From: Terriglobia bacterium
GTDB taxonomy: Bacteria; Acidobacteriota; Terriglobia; 20CM-2-55-15
NCBI GenBank assembly: GCA_965262675.1
Contig: OZ253554.1
Coordinates: 3,220,640 to 3,284,639 of the forward strand
Reading direction: 5' to 3'
DNA: 64,000 bases
The position numbers were made by a program, and so were the translations under genes. Shown here piece by piece: positions 38,193 to 46,632 of this stretch (positions within the stretch are counted from its first letter, which is position 1; each line of letters begins with the position of its first letter). The notes under the pieces are model-generated. The model had not been told where the DNA came from and searched no databases. It saw only the letters and a program-made list of their open reading frames with translations.

Positions 38193-40009
38193 TGCTGCTC
38201 CTCTATCACCCGTTTCAGTTCCTCCGGCATTTCCCCGATTCTCCGGGCCTCAATCTGCATTTCGCCGTCGGGGCCTTTCCGCACTCTGAAGTTCAGCTTT
38301 CCGAAGGCTGGGTTCTTGCCAGGATAGTCGTCGCGGAAATGGCCTCCGCGGCTCTCCTGCCGCCTGAGCGCCGACCGCGCGATGGCTTCGGACACGACCA
38401 GAAGATTCCCAAGATCGAGCGCCGTATGCCACCCCGTGTTGTATTCGCGGTTACCGTTGACGGCGACCCGATGCGCTCTCTGTTTCAGGGCTTCGATTCC
38501 CTCGAGCGCCTTGACGATTTCCGATTCGGTTCGGACAATACCCACCTGTTCCTGCATCATGCCTTGAAGATCGGCCTGAATCGCATAGGGCGCTTCGGCG
38601 CCGTCCTGAGCGGCCCGGTCGAAAGGCGCCAGCGTGTCGGCAGCGATCTTGTCGACCCGATCCGAATCGATCCGGCCGGGCGCGTTCTCCCTGGCAAACC
38701 GTGCGGCAAACTCCCGCGCGCGTTTCCCGAAAACCAGCAGATCGGACAGCGAATTGCCTCCCAGGCGATTGGCGCCGTGTAGTCCGGTCGCGCACTCGCC
38801 GGCGGCAAAAAGCCCCGGGACCGTCGACATCTGGCTTTCGGGATCCACGAAGATACCGCCCATGACGTAGTGTGTCGTCGGCCCCACTTCCATCGGAGTC
38901 GTGGTGATATCGATGTCGGCAAGTTGCTTGAACTGGTGATACATGCTCGGCAGCTTGCGCTTGATATGGTCGGCCGCGTTCGGGAGCTTTTCCTTGATCC
39001 ATGAGATGTCGAGGTACACGCCCCCATGCGGACTCCCGCGGCCTTCCTTGATCTGCTTCACGATGCACCGCGCAACGTGATCCCGGGTCAGCAGTTCGGG
39101 CGGGCGGCGGGCTGTCTTTTTGCCCTGCGTGTAATCCCACCCTTCCAGTTCATTGTCCGCCGTCTGGTTACGGTAAGCCTCGGGAATGTCATCGAACATG
39201 AAGCGCCGGCCTTCGCTGTTTCGAAGGATGCCGCCTTCCCCGCGAACGCCTTCGGTGACCAGAATGCCGGCGACGCTCGGAGGCCACACCATACCGGTCG
39301 GATGGAACTGCACGAACTCCATGTCCATCAGATCCGCGCCAGCATCGTAGGCCAGGGAATGACCGTCGCCGGTGTACTCCCAACTGTTGCTCGAGATACG
39401 GTAGGCTCGGCCAATGCCGCCGGTTGCCAGGACAATCGCAGGCGCGTCGAACCGCATGAAGCGCCCCCGCTGCCGATCGAAGCCGAAAGCTTCGGCCACA
39501 CGGCCGTCATCTTTCAACAGCGACGCCAAGTTGCATTCCATGTGGACTTCGATCCCCTGATGGATACCATGATCCTGAAGCGTGCGGATCATTTCGAGGC
39601 CGGTTCGGTCACCGACGTGGGCCAGGCGGGGGTACCTGTGTCCGCCGAAGTTCCGTTGCAGGATTCGGCCGTCGACGGTCCGGTCGAACACCGCTCCCCA
39701 GGCTTCGAGTTCGCGAACGCGTTCGGGAGCTTCCTTCGCGTGCAGCTCGGCCATCTTCCAGCTACTAAGGTATTGTCCACCGCGCATGGTGTCCGCGAAG
39801 TGGACCTTCCAGTCGTCGTCCGAGTTGACCGTACCCAGAGATGCCGCAATACCGCCCTCGGCCATCACCGTGTGGGCTTTACCGAGAAGCGATTTGCAAA
39901 TCAGGCCCACTCGCGCACCGGACGATGACGCTTCGATCGCCGCGCGGAGACCGGCCCCTCCGGCGCCCACGACCAGGACGTCGTACTTGAAGGTCTGGTA
40001 CTCCGGCAT
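38189..40009 (-). CDS. sdhA: Succinate dehydrogenase/fumarate reductase flavoprotein subunit
   Basis: FAD motif DVLVVGAGGAGLRAAIEA, covalent-FAD His region (HTVMAEGG), C-terminal capping domain. Trimmed to ATG 40009, which overlaps the sdhC TGA (TGATG). Confidence 0.9.
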   Translation of the reverse strand: MPEYQTFKYDVLVVGAGGAGLRAAIEASSSGARVGLICKSLLGKAHTVMAEGGIAASLGTVNSDDDWKVHFADTMRGGQYLSSWKMAELHAKEAPERVRELEAWGAVFDRTVDGRILQRNFGGHRYPRLAHVGDRTGLEMIRTLQDHGIHQGIEVHMECNLASLLKDDGRVAEAFGFDRQRGRFMRFDAPAIVLATGGIGRAYRISSNSWEYTGDGHSLAYDAGADLMDMEFVQFHPTGMVWPPSVAGILVTEGVRGEGGILRNSEGRRFMFDDIPEAYRNQTADNELEGWDYTQGKKTARRPPELLTRDHVARCIVKQIKEGRGSPHGGVYLDISWIKEKLPNAADHIKRKLPSMYHQFKQLADIDITTTPMEVGPTTHYVMGGIFVDPESQMSTVPGLFAAGECATGLHGANRLGGNSLSDLLVFGKRAREFAARFARENAPGRIDSDRVDKIAADTLAPFDRAAQDGAEAPYAIQADLQGMMQEQVGIVRTESEIVKALEGIEALKQRAHRVAVNGNREYNTGWHTALDLGNLLVVSEAIARSALRRQESRGGHFRDDYPGKNPAFGKLNFRVRKGPDGEMQIEARRIGEMPEELKRVIEEQQ

Positions 40010-40731
40010 CAGAAGATTCTCCAATCGGCGACGACGCCCATGGAGCACATCCGTACGTAGAAATCGGAAAACCCGACCCAGAAAAGGCTGCACCATGCCC
40101 ACTTCATGTGCCCGCGGTTGAGGCAACTCGCGCAGTTGTATCCGGCGCGCCCGAAAATGCCGTTGCTCGGCCGGTCCTTGCCCCCGCCCAGCAGATGCCT
40201 CATCGAGTGACACCCAAGAGCGTACCCTCCCAACATGACGACGTTGACGGCCAGGACGATCGTTCCGACGCCAATGCCGAACGACACCTCGCCGGCGGCA
40301 TCTGTAAACCAGAGGGCATTCCAGACATCCGTGGTGAGAAACACAAGAAAGACGATGGCCAGGTACAGAAAGTATCGATGCAGGTTCTGGACGATCAGCG
40401 GGAACGAATTCTCACCCAGGTAGCTCTTCCGCGGTTCACCGACCGCGCAGGAGGGCGGGTCGGCCCAGAAGGCCTTGTAGTAGCTGCGGCGGTAGTAGTA
40501 GCAGGTGAGTCGAAACCCGCCGGGTGCCCACAGAATGAGCAGTGCCGGTGAAAACGGCAGCCAGACGGGCCATGCGGAAGGGACGGAACCGAAAAGGCTG
40601 TGGGGTGAATCCCCGAAGATCTCCGGCGAATAGAAGGGAGAAAGGTACGAGCCAAAATAGTAGTGCTCACCCTGGAACGCCGCCCAGGTTCCGTAAACGA
40701 TAAAGGCGGAAAGTCCCAGGAAAATCGCCAA
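40009..40731 (-). CDS. sdhC: Succinate dehydrogenase cytochrome b subunit (single-subunit membrane anchor type)
   Basis: Approximately 5-TM hydrophobic protein with conserved His residues, located immediately upstream of sdhA/sdhB. TTG start. Confidence 0.7.
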   Translation of the reverse strand: MAIFLGLSAFIVYGTWAAFQGEHYYFGSYLSPFYSPEIFGDSPHSLFGSVPSAWPVWLPFSPALLILWAPGGFRLTCYYYRRSYYKAFWADPPSCAVGEPRKSYLGENSFPLIVQNLHRYFLYLAIVFLVFLTTDVWNALWFTDAAGEVSFGIGVGTIVLAVNVVMLGGYALGCHSMRHLLGGGKDRPSNGIFGRAGYNCASCLNRGHMKWAWCSLFWVGFSDFYVRMCSMGVVADWRIF

Positions 40732-40895
40732 TGGCTCGACCCACCAGCGGTCCCTGCGCTACGTGTGAGCGAAGCCTTGTCCATGAAGCGAAGACGCTGA
40801 TTGGGCCACGCTATGACTCCTCACAAGTGTGTTGAAAAAAAGCAGGCCCACTATAGGCAAGTGAGTCGGCGTTTGCAACAGCCGCTCGGAATCGC

Positions 40896-42350
40896 CTACC
40901 CGAGTTGGACATCCGATTTCCCGGGCGGCGCCTCTTCCTCGGGCAGCAGCAAACCCAGCACCGCCTTCGACGCTGTCGCATCGCCGCTCGTATGGTAGGC
41001 TTCGTGATTTTTTGCAATATCGTCGAGTTCGTAACGGTAGTTCACCATCAGCCCGGCCGAGGGCCGCATCCCTTTCTCCGAAACGTCGGCGAGCCAATTG
41101 ATACGCTCCAATCGCGCGCCGTTGTTGAGGTGGAAATTGCCCACCCGGTCCACGGCACGACCGTCCTCCCGTTCGTAGAGCAGGAACTCGGCACACAGCC
41201 TCATCAGCGGTCCCTTCAGCGCGTTGGCGGCTCTCGGGTCCAGATGCCAGTTCGCGGATTGGACGAGGTCGGCGAGCGATTCCTTGTTCGCAGCACGAAT
41301 CGCTCCTTCCAGCGCCTCATGCTCGGCCGGCGTCAAACGGAGGCCGTCGACATCCCGAACGCGAACGCTCATGTAACGCCCGAAATCCGGGACCGGAGAC
41401 AGCGTCGCGAAGGTCCGCAAGTTGGGAAGCTCGCTCACCAGGCGGTCGACGACGCGCTTGATAAGGAAGGTTCCCAGATTTACGCCCTTCAATCCCTTCT
41501 GCGTATTCGAAATCGAATAGAAGATGGCCGTGTTGGCAGTGGCCGGGTCGCGGCGGGCGTCTCTTTCGCCGAGCAGTGCCTGAATACTGTCGGACATGCC
41601 CGACACCAGCGCAACCTCAACGAATATGAGGGGCTCCGTGGGCATTCTGGGGTGGAAGAAGGCGTAACAGCGCCGATCCTCTCCAAGGCGATTCTTGAGG
41701 TCATCCCACGATTGGATTTCGTGGACGGCTTCATAGGCGATCAGCCGTTCCAGCAACGCCGCCGGCGACTCCCAGGCAATTCGCTCCAGATTCAGAAACC
41801 CGACATCGAACCACGATGCGAGCAGTCCCTTGAGATCTCTTTCGAGGCTTCGCAAGTACGGGTCCGAACCCTCGAAGCGCCGCAGGTCGGCACGCAAGTC
41901 GACCAGAAACTTCACTCCCGACGGCAAAGAGTTGAACTGTGTCAGCAGTTTCAGGCGGCCTGGAGTCAGAACGGTCCGCAGGCGTTCCTCGATCTCGAGC
42001 GCGGAAGCTCGGTCGTCGTTTTCGCGGATCTCGCCGGCCGCGGCCACGAGCGCCTTCCAGTCGACACCAAAATCGTTCGCTAGGATCTGCAGGAAACGCT
42101 TGCGGCCCGAATCGTTCAGATCCATGTACGATTGCCCCAGAGCGGCGGCTCGGGCACGGCCGGACACCTCGCCGCCTCTGCTTTCAAGGCATTCGCGCAT
42201 CAGGCGCCGCAAGGTTTCGGCGTCCTTGTCGGGCAAGTCGGCGCGGAGACGCGGGACGTCACCTGCTCGAGCCGATTGGCTGATCGAACGCCAAGCGTTA
42301 CGAATATTGACCAGCGTCCGCTGCAGGATGCCCGCGACAGGTGAAGTCAT
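40896..42350 (-). CDS. Malonyl-CoA decarboxylase
   Basis: AIFYSISNTQKGLKGVNLGTFLIKRVV matches the conserved MCD catalytic-domain segment. Length 484 aa. Confidence 0.85.
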   Translation of the reverse strand: MTSPVAGILQRTLVNIRNAWRSISQSARAGDVPRLRADLPDKDAETLRRLMRECLESRGGEVSGRARAAALGQSYMDLNDSGRKRFLQILANDFGVDWKALVAAAGEIRENDDRASALEIEERLRTVLTPGRLKLLTQFNSLPSGVKFLVDLRADLRRFEGSDPYLRSLERDLKGLLASWFDVGFLNLERIAWESPAALLERLIAYEAVHEIQSWDDLKNRLGEDRRCYAFFHPRMPTEPLIFVEVALVSGMSDSIQALLGERDARRDPATANTAIFYSISNTQKGLKGVNLGTFLIKRVVDRLVSELPNLRTFATLSPVPDFGRYMSVRVRDVDGLRLTPAEHEALEGAIRAANKESLADLVQSANWHLDPRAANALKGPLMRLCAEFLLYEREDGRAVDRVGNFHLNNGARLERINWLADVSEKGMRPSAGLMVNYRYELDDIAKNHEAYHTSGDATASKAVLGLLLPEEEAPPGKSDVQLG

Positions 42351-42433
42351 TTCGTGCGCCCCCTGGCGTTTGCGGAAAGCTTGGTATTCGTCAGTTCAGA
42401 CGGTCGTCGGCACGGTAGCGGAACCGATCGGCT

Positions 42434-42553
42434 TCAGTGCTCAGCGCTCTCGTACCGGTCGGCAAACTTCTCGATCGAATATCCGGCCGCGGCCAGAACG
42501 GCGACGGATGCGGCAACCACGCCGACTACTTTAAGGACCAAACCCCAATCCAT
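42434..42553 (-). CDS. Unannotated 39-aa hydrophobic peptide (MDWGLVLKVVGVVAASVAVLAAAGYSIEKFADRYESAEH)
   Basis: Not in the ORF track (under 60 aa). Strong GGAGGGGG Shine-Dalgarno 7 nt upstream of the ATG. Single predicted TM helix. Lies between the membrane protein gene and the MCD gene on the same strand. Confidence 0.3.
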   Translation of the reverse strand: MDWGLVLKVVGVVAASVAVLAAAGYSIEKFADRYESAEH

Positions 42554-42574
42554 TGGGTACCCCCTCCGGACACG

Positions 42575-43507
42575 TTAGAACGAGTTGCCGAGAAAGGGCA
42601 ACATCCGCCCGAAGTAGATGACGCCAAGCCAGAGTGCGATCGTAGAAACGGCTATGACCTTCCCGTGCAGCGGCGGGTCATCCTGCGCTCTCAGCTTCCA
42701 GGCATCGTCGAAGATCGTAAAGTAGATGACGTTGACGCCCGCGATCACTATCAACAGCATCTTCAGATGGAACGACAGGTTCTGCGTATACTGCCCCGGC
42801 GCCGCGATGAAAAACAGCATCCCCGTAATGCCGTTGAGTGCGAAACCCAGCACGCCCCATGGCAGCAGCCGGTGCAACGTCGAAAAAGGAAGGTTCTTCA
42901 CGATGCCCAGCATTCGCAGGTTGACCAGCAACACCACGCCGAACAGAAGCCAAAGACCGATGAAATGGAGCGTTTCGCTCGCCGGCCACGCCCATGTTTT
43001 TTCGACAAACCAGATTCCCAAAGCGGTGCTCCAGCCCACGGCCTCTTCACTGGCAACGATCTCCGCCCCCTGACGAACCTCCGTGTGACGGATTTCTCCC
43101 CCAAAACTCGCCGCACGGGCCATCAATCCGACCGCGATCAGCGCAACGACGAGGACGGCCGACAGGTTCCAGGTAGTCGTGCGTGCGATCCGGCGGTATT
43201 GCCACAGCCCGAACCATGCCAGAGCGCCCGCAATCTGCATGAAAATGAAGGCAAGCAGCGCCGCATCCTGATGGCGGTGGACGTAGGCTTCGGATACCCC
43301 GGGTCCCTCCAGCAGCACTTCCTCCGCCATGTTGCCGGTGACATACGCCGGAATGGTGAGCAGTCCGATGACCACGAACAGGCCCAGGCTGGCGCGGGTC
43401 AGATCCTTACTCTTCCAGACGAGAGCGACGATGAACAGTCCCACTCCAACAATGGCGCCGATGGTCGGAAAGTGATTCAGGAGGATGTGCAGATGCGCAA
43501 GATTCAT
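42575..43507 (-). CDS. Polytopic membrane protein of unknown function (about 8 TM)
   Basis: 310 aa and highly hydrophobic, with regular TM spacing. Confidence 0.6.
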   Translation of the reverse strand: MNLAHLHILLNHFPTIGAIVGVGLFIVALVWKSKDLTRASLGLFVVIGLLTIPAYVTGNMAEEVLLEGPGVSEAYVHRHQDAALLAFIFMQIAGALAWFGLWQYRRIARTTTWNLSAVLVVALIAVGLMARAASFGGEIRHTEVRQGAEIVASEEAVGWSTALGIWFVEKTWAWPASETLHFIGLWLLFGVVLLVNLRMLGIVKNLPFSTLHRLLPWGVLGFALNGITGMLFFIAAPGQYTQNLSFHLKMLLIVIAGVNVIYFTIFDDAWKLRAQDDPPLHGKVIAVSTIALWLGVIYFGRMLPFLGNSF

Positions 43508-43858
43508 GATTTACCTTCGGACTCCGCCACCAGCGGCCCGTGGCAAAACCCCGCGGGGTCCCGGCACCAAAAACTGGGCCGAGTCTACAGAACGATCCAG
43601 TGGAGCGCAACCCGCTCTCCGGATGTGTCGGGAACCGCGCAGCTGGCCGTCGGCCACTCCATCGGTTCCCGACGCCTCACGCCGCAACAGGCGAATCCGG
43701 CTTACCGCTTCGGCGCGTTGTTCGAAGCGCTCGGTTTGGGATATTGGTCGAAATGCCGGTCGCCGAACGGATTCCACATTACAGTGGCCCCGGCACGGCT
43801 CCGAACCACTCCAGATTGTTAACTCCAGAGCTTAACCATTGCCGTTACTATCAAAGTC

Positions 43859-44146
43859 ATGACCGGTATCGAACCGATTCATCCTGGAGAACATTTGGCC
43901 GATTTTCTCGAAGAACTCGGAATCAGCCAATACCGTTTGGCGAAAGCGATCGGCACGCCGCCGCGGCGCATCAACGAGATCGTCCACGGACGCTGATCGA
44001 TCATGGCGGACACGGCGCTACGGTTGGGGCGGGCTTTCGAATTGACACCGGAGTTCTGGCTGAACTTGCAAAACTTGTACGACCTCGATCTTGCCCGCGC
44101 CTCGATCGATACCGGGACCATCGAAGCGCTGCGTACGGCCCAATAG
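43859..44146 (+). pseudogene. higA: higA-family (XRE HTH) antitoxin gene interrupted by an in-frame TGA at 43994-43996; no higB partner
   Basis: Translation [45 protein letters not shown]-stop-SIMADTALRLGRAFELTPEFWLNLQNLYDLDLARASIDTGTIEALRTAQ is colinear with HigA. The stop sits where a conserved Arg/Lys is expected, so a CGA>TGA change is likely. Confidence 0.6.
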
Positions 44147-44382
44147 CCGGGCGGGTCCATTCCGCGGCGGACGATCCGGAAGTTGAAGTCCACGAACGAA
44201 AAAGCACGGGGCCAATGAATAGGAAGTTCGACTTTGTGAGGCGGTTCCGGTGATCGAGGAGTCTGTCGGGAATTGGCTCCCTCGAACTAAGAATCAACAA
44301 CTTACGAGCCATCCTTGGTCTGTAAGTTGTTGATTCTTGGTTGCAGACTTCTTATTCCCGACAGGCTCCGAGATGGCTGCCT

Positions 44383-45672
44383 TTACACAAACGCTCCGAA
44401 TACTCCACCATCGCTTGTAGCAACGCCGAGCAACTTCGCGCGAACCCGGTGAGCTGTGTCTAACGAGATCGGTCCGCCGTGCACTGCTCGGTTCCGGTAG
44501 GGTTTCACTACTTCTATTGCCTTCCGCAACCTATGAAGGTCAATCCCACGCGTGTCGCAAAACTCCTGCAGTTCCGTACGCGGCGATTCCAACGCCAGCG
44601 CAATCTCACCCAGGTTGAGTCGATCCTTCTGACGCCCCCCGATTAGAATCCTCGGGCGGCGACTACCATTTTTGAGCAGTTCGGAATCAGGAAAATTCCG
44701 GAGTCCGCGCCTTCTGAGAAATTCGCAGAGATCATCCAGAATCCCCGTCTTGAGTTGAGTTTCGAAGGCAAAACCGAATCCGGCTATACCGAGGCCAGGA
44801 TCAGGGCAATCGGGATCCTGCAGGGTTCGCTCAGCGGCAAGGGCCTTTGTCTGGGCATCCTCAGACAGGACGTCCCACACCTGACAGGTGAGCTCTGTCT
44901 TGAGCGAATCTTCAACTGCGCGCATTTCAGGCGGATTGCATTTCATCTGATCCACGACAAGCTCGATGCAACGCTCAAGACGCTCGTATTGGTCAATAAG
45001 GGGAATCTGTGAAGCGCTTATCGAATCTAACCTGTCCATCACCTGCTGAAAACGTACGGCATAGGGGTCGTCACGGGGCGCCGTGGCCGAGGCCTCCACC
45101 GACGCCGCGCACCATGCCAAATACAGGATATGCCGCCAATCGAGTTCGCTGATATCGGAGGGATTCCCAGATGATCCTCGGACGAAGTTATCCATCAGGA
45201 TCTGCTGCCAATCGCTACGTTCGGTTTTGACTTCAATGGAAACAACGCCTTCGAGATCGTTCAGGTCTCGATCTGTTGCTGTTGGCAACGTCAATGGCAA
45301 CTTTGGCATCCAATGACCATTCCGTGTCGTGACATCACCGTGTACTCCAATGACGTTCCTGGCGGTCAGGAGACAGAGAAACTCGTCGTCCTTCAATCTC
45401 TGCACGAACATCGCGACCGGACTGCGATCTTCTGACAAACGCCACACGCACCAGGGATGGCGAAGAGACTCCTCGTTGTCGTCCTCGCTTCGAAACCGCG
45501 GGAGGTGAGTCTCTTCGTAACGGCGTATGGCACCGCCGGCGGGCATGTACATCTGGGCGGCTCGAATCCCGAGGAGCCGGAACCACTCATCGACTTGCCT
45601 TCCTTCTGAATTCAATGGATCTTTCCACTTATAGTCGGTGATGCCATTTGCTTGCGCCTCGCTTGGCAGCAC
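44383..45672 (-). CDS. Hypothetical protein with C-terminal HEPN-like Rx4HG motif (candidate RNase effector)
   Basis: 429 aa. Near the C-terminus, LRKAIEVVKPYRNRAVHGG contains R-N-x3-H, which is the HEPN catalytic signature. Sits immediately downstream of the Cys-rich gene and near zorD. Confidence 0.5.
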   Translation of the reverse strand: MLPSEAQANGITDYKWKDPLNSEGRQVDEWFRLLGIRAAQMYMPAGGAIRRYEETHLPRFRSEDDNEESLRHPWCVWRLSEDRSPVAMFVQRLKDDEFLCLLTARNVIGVHGDVTTRNGHWMPKLPLTLPTATDRDLNDLEGVVSIEVKTERSDWQQILMDNFVRGSSGNPSDISELDWRHILYLAWCAASVEASATAPRDDPYAVRFQQVMDRLDSISASQIPLIDQYERLERCIELVVDQMKCNPPEMRAVEDSLKTELTCQVWDVLSEDAQTKALAAERTLQDPDCPDPGLGIAGFGFAFETQLKTGILDDLCEFLRRRGLRNFPDSELLKNGSRRPRILIGGRQKDRLNLGEIALALESPRTELQEFCDTRGIDLHRLRKAIEVVKPYRNRAVHGGPISLDTAHRVRAKLLGVATSDGGVFGAFV

Positions 45673-45705
45673 AGGATACCCGGCCGCTTTCCATTCCAGG
45701 GAAAG

Positions 45706-46428
45706 CTATTCCGTCGCTCGGTCTTGGTCACAGTTCATGCAGGAAACGCATCGGGCCAGAAGTTCCGAGATGGTCTTCAGATTTGTATGATCGAATTTGT
45801 CTAAAGCCTGCTTCAGGGCCAGACGTTCCGTATCGCAGTGGGCACAATCCGCCAAGTGTTGGCGATAATATCCCAGTGGCCAACCGTCGAAATTGTCAAG
45901 GCAACCGCGAGTCAGAAGCGTTTCTTGTTGCCCCAGCTTTTCGCAAACGTCCGTGCCTTCTATTAACTCCTCTCCCCAGGCGATGTCATCATCGGGAAAC
46001 AGGATCGTCCCCCACGTTCCGACGAAATCGAGATCGAAATCCGGCAATTCATCCGGCGTCTGCATCGCGAGGGGAACGGCTGTATCCGAGTAGGGCATGT
46101 CGGAAAGACGCCGCGCAGCTTCCGCCCGTAGTTCTTCCGAAAACAGTGTTTTCCACTCTTCGTTCAAGACTATGGCCTCGATCGTCAGGTCGGGCCGGCC
46201 GCGAGCGCAGATATCGACGGAATCGTCGGACGGTGGCTCCGAAAGCAGTTGCTTGGCGGCGCGCGCCCCGCCCAACTCGCGCACGCGCTCGATGTACTGG
46301 TTGGGAGCGTACTTACAGTCCGCAATAACATGCCGAATGAAATTCATGATTCGATCATTGAAGTTGTTCTCGACAAGTTCGCGTTCGGTCCATCTCAGCA
46401 GCATCTCAGTCTCCATCGCGCGTGACAT
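45706..46428 (-). CDS. Hypothetical Cys-rich protein (CAHCDTERL / CVSCMNC pairs), likely co-transcribed with the HEPN-like gene
   Basis: 240 aa with several CxxC pairs near the C-terminus. 33-nt gap to the downstream gene, 204-nt gap after zorD. Confidence 0.45.
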   Translation of the reverse strand: MSRAMETEMLLRWTERELVENNFNDRIMNFIRHVIADCKYAPNQYIERVRELGGARAAKQLLSEPPSDDSVDICARGRPDLTIEAIVLNEEWKTLFSEELRAEAARRLSDMPYSDTAVPLAMQTPDELPDFDLDFVGTWGTILFPDDDIAWGEELIEGTDVCEKLGQQETLLTRGCLDNFDGWPLGYYRQHLADCAHCDTERLALKQALDKFDHTNLKTISELLARCVSCMNCDQDRATE

Positions 46429-46632
46429 TCATCACGGCTCCATAGCAGTCGTCTTCCGATTTCCGTGCTTCGAGCACGAGCATCTCGTGAGTCTATTCCT
46501 TCGTCGAATTACTTCGCTCTCTACCGCATCGTATCTGTGCGTCCGCGGACCGACGCGAGAGCTTCATCAATGACCGCCGCGCCATGCGTGGTGTCCGACC
46601 GCACGTGCTTGCGCAGAACAACGCCAGAGAGC

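Noticed and set aside
43508-43858. Search for a higB toxin upstream of higA
   Set aside because: All three forward frames were translated by eye and none gives a RelE/HigB-like sequence; the region is antisense to nothing and appears to be degraded intergenic DNA.
43994-43996. In-frame TGA in higA as evidence of an alternative genetic code or selenocysteine
   Set aside because: TGA terminates other well-supported genes here (trxB, the sdhC/sdhA TGATG overlap, the amidase). There is no SECIS-like hairpin immediately downstream, and Arg is expected at this position in HigA. A nonsense mutation is the simplest reading.
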